The notes below the pieces were generated by a model. The model searched no databases. It was given only the letters and a program-made list of their open reading frames with translations, and was not told where the DNA came from. The position numbers and the translations under genes were made by a program. A stretch of 58,474 nt of DNA, taken from the NCBI GenBank assembly GCA_000320545.1, contig ADNK01000269.1, positions 1 to 58,474 on the forward strand. Reading direction: 5' to 3'. Source of the DNA: Bigelowiella natans CCMP2755. Lineage: Eukaryota > Protista > Cercozoa. Positions 24,300 through 35,220 of the stretch are shown one piece after another (within the stretch, counting starts at the first letter, position 1; every line of letters starts with the position of its first letter).

Positions 24300-26455
24300 T
24301 GCTTCTCCGATGTCTGTCACATACTGTTTCCGTGTACCAATGTAGCCCAAATCAATATGGCCGGCCAAGGAAGCTCCTAAGTTTCGGAAGCGTTGAAGCT
24401 GCGAGTTTGGGCTGGAAAGTCAGTAAACACCAAGACGGAGGCGAGACTCAAATGATTGTTTTCACATCCAATCAAATTGTAAATAACCTATTCAAAATCT
24501 ATTTTTTTTACCATTCTATACCTGTCGTTCGCATATACTACGAATACCCGCTTCGAAGTCTCCCGGATAGGTAAGCTTCAGAATGATTCTAAAGGTTATC
24601 ACGTGCAATAACATCGAGTAGTAAAATACTGCTGCTGAGGTCATCTCAATCTCTTTAAACCATTCGTTACACATTCGCCGCGTCACTACTTAGAGTAGTA
24701 ACGATTCGACTGATAAAAACCTCTTCCTCATACCTTGTTTCTAATGCCCTAAGTTCTCGTTCCACCGTTGAACATTCTATCGTTGGTCGCCGTTGTCCAC
24801 GAGCAAACTCGTTCGCGCGAGCCTGTTAGAATGGGACAAGATATCAGGAAGAGAAAATTAATAGAGAGCGCAAAAATTATCTCCATTTATGGATACGACC
24901 TCTGCCCAGCGTATACCACCCTTTTGAATGAGAAGGTTGCGCACATTCGCTTTTTCGAGTGCCTAATAAAAAATAAAACTTAGGTCTACTTAAAAATTAA
25001 TCTAGTGACGCGTTGTTTCCAATTAAGGGGTTTTCCTCACCAGCCGTGTTATGTGCGGTATAATGAACATTCGATACAGCTCATAGGGACTCAACTGTGG
25101 ATCGTGATAAAGAGAACGACATAAAAGTTATGAAGTCCGAATTTCGTTTCTGAATTTGTCGATGGGATGAATATCTCTTTTTCACCAAAGATCTTGTGCT
25201 ACACGAAAGTGGAGTTTATTGGAAATATACGACTTTGACTAGCTCTTTGAGATTGTAGAGAATCTCATGCGAGCGCTTAATATCATCAGCCTGGCGGTCC
25301 TGCTCCTCGCGGAAGAATTGTCTTTGTTGCTGAGATGGTAATACATTTGAGTATGAGGCATCAAAACAACCAATGATTATCCCCCGCGCAAGATTTCCGT
25401 TCAGCACGCTCATTTACATTTCTGACTGCAAAATCATAGACATCATACCTCGTCAATTGCTTGACGTTTCTGCTGCTGAGGCCATACAGAAAAATCAAGA
25501 AAGCTTGGTTATTCCTCTAGTATGATACGTATTTTATGCAGAATGAAGGCGCAGAGAGCACCCTCTTGATAAACCTTGATAATGAAAACATAAAGCCTAC
25601 CTCTGCTGCCCGGCGCCGTTTTTCTTCCATCTCCATACGTTTTTTTTGCTGTAAAAATCCAAATTGAGATGAGTCCAATTGAGGGAACAGGCAATTTTTT
25701 ATCAACGTAATACCTCTTCCATCATGTGCCGTTGTTGCTGCTGTTGCTTCATCATTGCGTACTGCCAAAACAATTTTATAGACTCGTTTATCTTTTGCTT
25801 TATGTGATTATGGGACTGTAATGACACACCTGCATTTGACGCCACATCTCCTGCTGCGTTTGCTGTCTTTGCTGGGAAGAAGCAGGGTTGACCGGGTTGT
25901 TTCTGCCTGGCTCCATTGAGGGCGGTCGGTTATTATTCCACATCTCCTTTTGCCGTTGGTTCTTTCTTTCTTGTTGTCCTGCTTTTTTTCTTCTTTCTCC
26001 TCCCCCGCCTTCTTCTTCTTCTTGTTCTTGTTCTTGTTCCTGTCCTCGAGTATCCCTCTGTCCGAATGAACAATGTGGAAGATGAAGCTGATGAAGAAGA
26101 AGACAGTGAGTCGACGATTAGGATGATTTTACATCCAAAAACTACCAAAACAGCCTGCATTTTCAATAAACATCCATTCTACAATTGTTCACAGTTCATC
26201 CCCGTTTTAGTTCAAAAAACATGCGTGATTAATCGAAGATACCGAACATGTTTCGGATGAAATAACAACACGGAAGAACAAGCGGGCGGTGCCATAAGTT
26301 CCCACACGGAGCGTGGTGTAGCGGATCATAGAGCGTACGTCGTCCATCATCAAGGGGCAGGAGCCTCTCCTCCTTGCATTCTCTCCAAACACCAACGGCA
26401 CCATCATGGAAAGCAGCAAATATATCACCCCATCCTGAAGGGATGCCTCCACCAT
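24300..26455 (-). CDS. hypothetical multi-exon protein with coiled-coil segments (boundaries approximate)
   Basis: Minus-strand exon-like frames bounded by GT/AG, e.g. QQKKRMEMEEKRRRAAE, QFFREEQDRQADDIKRSHEILYNLKELVK and VERELRALETRYEEE. No family recognised. Confidence 0.4.
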
Positions 26456-26543
26456 TTCCTTATGTCGTGAGCAACGCCGTCAAAGCCTCATTGTCAATGT
26501 TCCAGCTCGTTGCCTCATATTTGAATGGTCAGAAGGCTACAAC

Positions 26544-27409
26544 ATGGTTACAGAAGCTGCTGTCTCGCGGGGCAATGACGTAAATAGAATACAGTTTATA
26601 TTCTTCGATACCCTCTCATTCATTGATTACTCGGGTGATTCGCATTATGTTAGGGTGGCTGTAGACCTGATTTTTTACTACTCATGGCTGAGCATCGAGT
26701 TTATGCCTTGGCAAGTCCACTGTATTAACATTCACATCACTACCATAATGGTGATGGCAATGGTATCCTCACCTTCATTTCTCACAACCTCGATGTTTAA
26801 CAATGAAGCTTCCAGATTTTTCTGACAACTTTTCCTCGTTGGTTCGTTTCCCTCTTCAGGTGGCTATTATCGACTACCGATTGATACACACTTTCTATGA
26901 GATTCTTACAGTCACCAACATTTATGAGCTCTCCGGCAAAGACTTGCATTTAAGAATATCGTGCTCCATATCTATCGTGTCGATGGCAGCAATTTTGATT
27001 GAAATCCCCTTTGCCCTAACTAGCGACTCTGCAATATGGATGTGAGACACCAATAGTAAAGAAGTGAAGAAAGAGGAGGCTAAATCTAACGATTAGTTTT
27101 TGCCTATTTACGGATACGGATATATGATACATTTCTGGAAAGGAGTTAGTTTTGGCGTGAATTCTCTCTAGAATTATTAAATTAATTATGTTTTAAAAAA
27201 TTCAGGGCTATTGGAAGGATAACTACAGGACTTTGGGCTTTCACACAGGGGACCCTAAGCATCCATCTAGTTAGAATGTCTGACGCAAAAGATCATTATA
27301 GTTAAAATAGTCGGATTAAATGAAAAAATAATCTCAAGTTACCATTCACCACCACCATTAGATACGTATTCCAATCGCTCTATTTGCCACTACACACACA
27401 CGCACACAC

Positions 27410-27461
<52 letters not shown>

Positions 27462-28285
27462 GTGCTGCATATTTTTGCTCTGTATTCCCAACAATTCAGT
27501 ATAGCCACAGCATTACGCCTTCATAGAGAAAAGCAGAGAGAGGATTTCACAAACATTTGGTAACAATTCTAAACTTGTGGAATTAACATTGACATTTCTT
27601 TCTACTGGACTTCTCATTAATAAACCTCCCGAGCACACGTAATTTGTTGATCGAAAAATGAATAAATCACAGCCGTGTGAAGATGGAGGAGGATAGAAAA
27701 GTCAAAGAGAACCAAAACGAGAAAAACACAGCGGAAGAGAGCAAAACAGGGAAGAAAGTTCGCTTGAGTCTTAAACAATTAAATAGAGTCTCCCGAAAAA
27801 GACTTATTTCGAGCTTTGGCTATGAACATGACGAGCTAGAAAGCAAGAACTCTTACAATATTTGTAGATCGTCGAAATCCATAGAGTTAATGAGCATTCC
27901 AGAAACGGTGAGTAGCATCGCGAGCTCGCAGACAGCGGAAGCCCAGCAACAGGGAGAAGATGAAAAACCAGTGTCGATTGCGAGATCCAAAGAGAGCGTA
28001 GATAGTATACCCGAGCGAAAGATGTCGTTGATCAGCTTTTCACCATTAATACTCCACCTTAGAAGTTTGTCGTTAGTGATCATTACTGTTGCCTATACCT
28101 TTGGTCCTACACTCGTCATCTTTGGTGTGGTGTCAATATTGAATGGACACCATAACGTCTCTTACTCGGAGGTGTTTAGAAAAAAGCAAGAGCACTATAA
28201 TGTACTCACCGACCTCATCAGTGCCTCCGCTCTTGCAGGAAACCAATGCCTCATATTTTACTCTAGTCGAGTTGAACTGAAGTAG
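26544..28285 (+). CDS. multi-pass (GPCR-like) membrane protein, multi-exon, start uncertain
   Basis: Several hydrophobic helices in successive exons, with a long charged Ser-rich loop before the last two helices (ORF 27677-28285). Confidence 0.5.
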
Positions 28286-28933
28286 AACAAAAAAAGCAAC
28301 ATGGTTATTCCAAGTGTCTGATCGTTTTTAGCTCAATCATAGTTATTCACCACTAAGGTGTCAATCATCACTGCTTTAGGTTGCACTTGAACCAAATCAG
28401 AACTACACATGTACATACCTATGTGTGTAGGGATACACTGTGACACTGTGACTTTAGTCAGAGATGTGTGCATGAAAAAGACTCAATCTTGTGCCACGCT
28501 AGCACGTGCGTCGGCGATGCTGCTTTGCGAAACCGACCGATCTGCGTTTCTGCAGTCAGTCATGCATTAAGAATCGTGGTGTACTAGTGTAGCATGTAAC
28601 TTCAAATTCGTCATCATTACTTCGTCATGCGTGCATGTGCTATAGTGTGCATGGTGCAGCCTAGTGCATGCACCTAGAGTTTGCACGTGTGCATCACAGT
28701 ATGCGTGATGTGTAGTAATGATAAAATTATTATAAGACCGCTAATGGCAGTGTTGCATGATGTGTGGCATGTACTAGTGTAAACATGCCCGTCGCAAAGC
28801 GATACTGTCGTATGTTCTGCTACTGTATCATTGTTGTTACGTTCATGCAAGCGCAGATGCCACTCCGCGCCTTCACGTGAGGTCCAAGCCTGCTAGCCTG
28901 CTATCGCTCAGCATGTAACAATACAGGAAATAT

Positions 28934-28977
<44 letters not shown>

Positions 28978-29298
28978 TTTATGCCAGATTGCACTAGGTG
29001 TTACATTTAGCTTTGCCTTGTTATTAAGTCACATCACATGATTAGACATTCATGATCTAAGACGACAAATTGTTTCCAAACACAGGCAGGCATCCTTTTC
29101 TATGACTAACCCTTCTAATACTTCTTTAACCATCATTTTGCATTTCTTTTTCGACGAACTATTTACACTATTCTCCCTGGTGAAGTTTCTGGATGGCTTC
29201 ATCTTGACTATTGAGACTTGTCTCACACCTTTTATCTTGCCCATATTTTGACTGCACTCTGCATTTATCTATCCCATTGTGCAGTAGTTGCCAGATCA

Positions 29299-31029
29299 TC
29301 ACAACCTACCGCCTTGCAATTGAGATGACGTTCCTGCATTAGCAGACCGCTTGTCAATCTTTCCGCGAAAATCTGGCACAAATGAAGGCATGGGGATTCC
29401 AGGCAACGACTTGGGACCGTTCTTAGCTGCGATCTCCGCCAGAGATTCAGGTAGGGGGGAAACTGCGCTAGAGTCATACGGCAGCCCAACTGCCTTTGCG
29501 CTCAGCTCCCAAAGCCTTCTGGCCTTCTCTGCGTTTCTCGCCTCTGGGGATGGGGGAAGCTCCTCAATAGATCCACCTGCCCCTCCAGCACCTGTGAGGC
29601 CACGATTAGAGGCATCCGTACCAGGCTTTAAGTATGCGACTGTCTTTGCAGCGCCATTCCAGCCCCAATACACTCCCGATTCCTTGCAACGATCGCTGGA
29701 TGCAACCTCGGCCAGCCTGTCACCCGCCTCCCACTCGGAGACGTAGCCGCCGGTCACGTAACGCATGAAGAGCGGGAAAAGTTTACGAAACCACGGCTTC
29801 TTGTCGCGGAAAAGACCTGTTTCGGCAATACATCCGGGGTACATGGTGCTAAAAGTTACACCTGAATCCTTGTGTAGGCGTCTGTCGGCCTCAAAAATAG
29901 TCATCATGTTAGCCAGTTTTGAGTCTTTATAAGCCTTAGCGCCATTCCAGGCACCGCCGTTGATCATTTCGGGGCCTTTTCCCGTCCCCGCTTTCTCTGC
30001 AAGCCCATTGAGCTTACCAAGGTCTGCCCATGGCCAAACTGCACCCCCACCAACCGTGTTGGTGTTTCCTGTGATCGAACCGACGACGATCACTCGTGGG
30101 TCTCGAGATTTCTTAATGGTAGGGAGTAGAAGATTCAGGAGGAGGAAGTGCGAAAGATGGTTGACTTGTAATGATGTCTCATAACCATCCACGGTATATC
30201 TGCGAAGAAAGAGGGGATAGTAAACGTGAGCATAATAAGACTTCATCGTTAATACGAAATGAACATTCGTTACAGATGTTGAGAAATTACTCCGGATTTT
30301 GGTGTGCTGGTAAATAAAGAGCCGCATTGCAAATGAGAGTATCGATTTGGCGGCCGCGTTTAAGTTTCTTTGCCATACGCCGTACTGACTCAAACGAAGA
30401 CAGTTCAACCTCCTCAATGCTGTACCGATCCTATAAAGGAGGAAATTCAATATATTCATCTACATTGAAATTTTAATTGTTTAATTAAGTGAACAGATTA
30501 TCGACGACAGAAGTGACTTTTCTCATACCTTGGGAAATCCCATCCTCTCCGCCTCACGTCTAGCCTTTTCAGGATCTCGCACCGCCATTACAACATGCCA
30601 CTTCCCGGATTCGATAAGTGATCTTGCAGTGTTTAAGCCTAAGCCAGATGATGCCCCGGTAATAACGGCAGTCTTCAGCTTGCCGCTGGCACGAGGTGCT
30701 GTGTGCATCAAGGCATCAAGAGCATCCATGAACATATTTGCATTTTTGGCGTAGGAAACAACGCTACGAGCTGAAGAGTAAGGAACAGCTCTGTGGGCAG
30801 CCTTGGTAGATGTCATGGGTGGCTGGGGTGGAAATTTTTGGTGCTGAGAGTAAATGGATTTCAAAGGTCGCAGCCGAACCCGAGCACTCATCTGAGGTGT
30901 GATTCGGTGTGTGGAAGCGGTCCTAGCTGATAGTAACAGCTCTGCCGTAGTGGATGGCAGCATTAATGCTGTCGCAAAGATGAAGAGAGCTATTAGCACG
31001 ATGCTTGAGATTGATTTTAACGTGCCCAT
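29299..31029 (-). CDS. POR: light-dependent protochlorophyllide oxidoreductase, plastid-targeted (exons 31029-30529, 30430-30291, 30199-29299)
   Basis: [10 protein letters not shown] Rossmann motif, [26 protein letters not shown], catalytic AYKDSK and [12 protein letters not shown]. Both introns are GT-AG and in frame. Bipartite signal+transit presequence. Confidence 0.96.
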
Positions 31030-31860
31030 GGTATTGCTGTCTTCGATGGAGACTGAGAAAAATTGTATCAGTTTTAGCTTTAGTTTATTCGGATTCACTT
31101 TCGCTCGAGAAGGGGAGGGAAGAAGAGAGAGGGAGAGGGGGAAGAGGGGAAACACAGATGCGTGCGTGCGCACGCACGCACGCACGCACGCACGCACACA
31201 CACAGGACCTGTGGATATTCGAAGTCTGGGTGGTGGACGGAAGTTAGGTGTGAGGAGTACCGGAAGTTATCAAAAATGTAGGTCGATGAAGCCAAAAAGA
31301 GTGAAGTCCTTCTTCTTTTCAGCTGAATCCCTCTGCTCCTGCAACAAATCGGTAATGACTCCTTCTCTTCGGAAGGGAAAGACCCCCATATGCAAGTGTT
31401 GTGGGTGTTTTTTAAGTCAGAACCCGAGATATCTCGCTAGAATCTCGAGCACAAACGAACTCCTTTCTCTCCCTGCGGCATGAACCAAATTGACAAAAAG
31501 GAGGAATTGCAAGAGATAAGCCACGCTGTGCTCCGAACCACAACGGCTGAACATCTCAGATCGGTAAAGCGCAAGCATGAGAAACTGTTTCATGGGTAAA
31601 ACGCCGTATAATTTTTGAACTACGGCATCATCTTCCCGTGTCGGCATGGAAAAATAAATCTGTTTCATCCGAACAGAACACTTGGCTCTTTGGGAAAATG
31701 AGGGGTACCAAGAGAAATCAGCACATCTACGTCAAAAAACTTGCCGATGAGAAAAAATCCAGCACAATTCACAGCTGCAACAAGGAGATTCATCGCAAAT
31801 TCATCGCAAAAACTGGCAACTTGTCATCTCAACGCGCAGAGCGGAGAAGTCACCGGTACC

Positions 31861-33184
31861 CCTTCTCGTTGCACCAGGCAGTGTGATCGTGGCTTCTCCT
31901 AGAAACGAAATCAGCTTTTGTCACTTCCTTCTTTCTTCTCGTTTTTGAGTTTGGTTCGCCTGTTGCACTCGGTGCGCGTGTGTTCTGCTTCACATTGCCC
32001 GTCTGTTTGAGCGCGCCCAACTTGTCAGCAGTGACCTTGTTGGAGTGTCACACGAACACGAACTTTGCTAGTTTGGACCTTGAGAGTGCTCTTGTCCTCC
32101 GATCCTTTTTCTTTTCCTTGCTTGCACTCGTTTGTCCCTGATGCTTCACTCACGAAACGTTCCAGCGTTTTGCCGTTGCCACTTTTTGAACCGCTCTGGC
32201 ACTCGGAGTCGTGCAACGTGACCACTTCACCTTTTCACTCGTCCAGTCGTTACTTGCTCGTTCGTTGGGAATCAGCTGTGGACCACATCAGCTTGAGGTG
32301 TGTCCAGCTTGTCCTCTTGTCAACAGCACCGCCAGCAGCCAGTGTGCGCAAGACACTGTCACTGTTGGAACGTCGAGCTGGTCACGAGTTGACCAACCAG
32401 TCAATCACTCGTTCCTTCACGTTCGCAATTGGACGTTTGTTGCGTTTGTTCGTTCTGAGCACGTGCCTGCTCCGTCGGTCAGTTTTTGTTTGAGGTGCGC
32501 TGGTGCATCCATCAGCCCGCTCCAGCATTGCTGTTGGCTTGCTAGCTTGGTTCCGAGTTGCATGAATGACACGCCAGCACGCCTCTTGTTGAAACGTTGA
32601 AGTGAGCACGACTTGAGTGAATGAATTGTGAATGGCAAGTGATCAATTGTGTGAGTTCTGTCGGTGGATCCTTGCATGGAGTGTGAAGTTGAACTCAACT
32701 TCCTGTTGTGACTCTGACCATCCAATTTTCAGCACGGCATTGCACGAGGCGCATGCCAGCACTGGAGCATGCCAGCATGGCGCGCGTCTCAAGTGACGTG
32801 ACAAGCGAGTGGAACAACCAAACACATCCAGACGCGTGCCAGCGTGTTGAACAAAGCCATGGCGCGCGAGTTGCAATTTCTGGACTGGTGGACCAAGCCA
32901 GAACAGGAGTGCGTGCGTGCATGCAACTCACAATGCCTGCATATCTTGCCATGGGACATGGGACACGCTGCGATTCACGATGATCGATCGGGCTGTACGT
33001 GCTAGCGTGTGCAACGTGCATCACAATGCGTTTTTGGGTTGAGCAGGTGTGTCGGTGCATTCGGATTGTCCTGGCGGTGTCATGCACACACATGCATGCA
33101 CGCACGATGCATCTGGCTAGTGTTGGGCACACATGCATGCACGGCACACAATGAACTCACGCACACACGCGCGCATGTCTAGAC
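31861..33184. other. TpA-depleted block
   Basis: 9 TA in about 1320 bp by manual count, 6 of them in CTAG. Confidence 0.88.
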
Positions 33185-33299
33185 TTGATGAGGACACTTG
33201 ATGAGGACACCAAAGCAATGAAACAGCTGCTCGAAGGAAATGGTGATTAACAAATTACTTCGTCTCAAGACCAAACGGAATGAGAGCTTCTTGCGCAGG

Positions 33300-34855
33300 A
33301 AGTCCTAAACTTGTTCCCTGAATCAACGAGGCACATCACATCTCTCTAGCAAGATTTCTGTGCATGAATTGTGGTCGGCCTCACCCTCACGTTATGATTG
33401 AGGATTCATGCAAATATGGCTTTTGTTCGTTACGATATTGCGCAATGCTCTCTTGACTACCTGCATTTCAGCCGCCGATTCCAAAACAGATAACAGTTTC
33501 TGTGAAAAGTCACGAAGCAAGAAGTTACTAACATGTGTGCAGACAACCAGCTAACTGGCTGAGCCACTACCTTGGCAGGTTTTTGAGCTTGAACAAGTGG
33601 GCTTAAGACTATGGAACGGACGTCCCACTCTTCGACTATGAGCATTGCAACGGGTTCCTATTCAGCAGCACAGACTTAAATTTTATACTGAGTGGTCACA
33701 CAGGGAATAGTTTTCACCGTAGGATTGTCGTCTGCCAACAACATGAGTAGCTTTTCAGATTCTGAACCGTCTACAAACGACAACAGGATTGATGTTGGGA
33801 AAACATTGGCTGAAGTGAAATTAAATACTTTCGACTGATTTCTTAAATGCCTGCAGTAGTTGCCTTTCTTTTGTTCTGCCTGTGGCTAGAAGATAGTGGA
33901 GTCAGACACATGTGCTTGACATGCGCGTACTGCTGGGCGTGACTGTTAAAGAAAATCCATACCAAAGTCCTCGTCCATGACAACTTCCAAATACCAATTT
34001 GCAAGAGTCTAGTGGATACAATAATTGGTTTAATAAACATAAACCCAGGATGAAAGGGCTTTTAGTTTACCTGCACAGTCTCCCTTTTAATGGCATCGTC
34101 CTCAACTGAAACTGTTTGAAGACTGAACCCGTCAAACTTAGCTTTATCGATGTGCGAGGAAATGCCCGCCCGGAGAACAGGTCCACACAATATGTGACGG
34201 TTCTTTGAAATTGAATTAAATTAATCGCACATCGAACCGACAGTTTGGATTGATTAGCATCCAACCTTTAGGGTGTGCTGGGAAATAAAGTTGTGGAATC
34301 GAGGAGAGGCGCTAGCACGTTCCATGACTGTCAAAATTACAACATCACCTATAAATCCTTCTACGCATAGTTCAATCACAATTTTCCCGGAATTTCAAAA
34401 GCATTCTTGCCTGGCATCTGGGTTTTGGGAACACGCACAGCCACTGCCAAGAAATCTGACATGCAGGTAGTCAACACAAATGCCACAGTTCCAACCAACA
34501 GGGCCAGAAACAACGTCCACCTTACAGAGTTAGAGTTGTACTACATGTGAGCATTACCCAAGGCATTGCATTTGATCTGAAATCACTACCGTTTGTTGTT
34601 GATGGGGATCATGACTCGATCTACGTCGGTCGGTTCGGCTGTCCGTTCTGTTCCGAAGCCCTGGAGATTCTCCCGAGTTTGGTCGACTTTTTGTGGATTG
34701 TTGACCCTGACCAAAGCCCTCACTGAAGCCAATTGACTGAAGCCAGTTCGAGGCACTGCGTTTCGCACACTGCAAGTGTCTTGCAACACTTTGGAAATGT
34801 AGTTCATCATCATTGTTCATTGACCCTGATTTTCGTGACACACGATCCTTTCAAC
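33300..34855 (-). pseudogene. possible decayed multi-exon gene interrupted by retrotransposon copy 2
   Basis: Minus-strand splice-donor-like sites (CAG/GTAAA near 34070, CAG/GTAGT near 33460) and broken frames. The end nearest the LTR is homologous to 12125-12220. Confidence 0.3.
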
Positions 34856-35181
34856 TGTAGCGCGTACCACTACGCGGGCACAAGTCACGTGCGACAACAA
34901 AGGGGTTGTCGCGGATATAGAATATAGATAACGTAGATATTAATACAGCATAGGCACGTGGGTTCCGGCGGGACTCATGGCAGCACACCGGAAGTGTGCT
35001 GCCCCACGTGCGGCGGCATTCGCGAAAGCTTCGCGAATGATTACGCAGTGCACGATTTAATAAAAATATAATCTTTAATAAAAATAAACACAACTCTTCA
35101 AAAGGAAGCAAACGTGCCTTTCCCCCCCCCTGCCTACTTGTGCACGTAGCGCCTCGGCCTGTGAACACCTTACGCGCAACA
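34856..35181 (+). repeat. 5' LTR of copy 2
   Basis: TGTAGCGCGTA...TACGCGCAACA (10/11 terminal inverted repeat). Contains hairpins and AATAAA. Confidence 0.97.
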
Positions 35182-35186
35182 ACCTT

Positions 35187-35204
35187 TGGCTTCCACACAC
35201 GGGA
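35187..35204 (+). other. primer binding site of copy 2
   Basis: TGGCTTCCACACACGGGA follows a 5-nt spacer and is complementary to a tRNA ending ...TGTGGAA-G-CCA. Confidence 0.7.
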
Positions 35205-35220
35205 AACGATTTGACTAACA

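Noticed and set aside
6287-34855. Inversion mediated by the two oppositely oriented elements
   Set aside because: Copy 2 retains matching TSDs, so its flanks were not exchanged with copy 1.
35187-35210. PBS complementary to tRNA-Sec (9/4 fold with G discriminator)
   Set aside because: The spacing is suggestive, but the sequence does not resemble the eukaryotic tRNA-Sec acceptor end as I recall it, and a match beyond 18 nt is probably chance.
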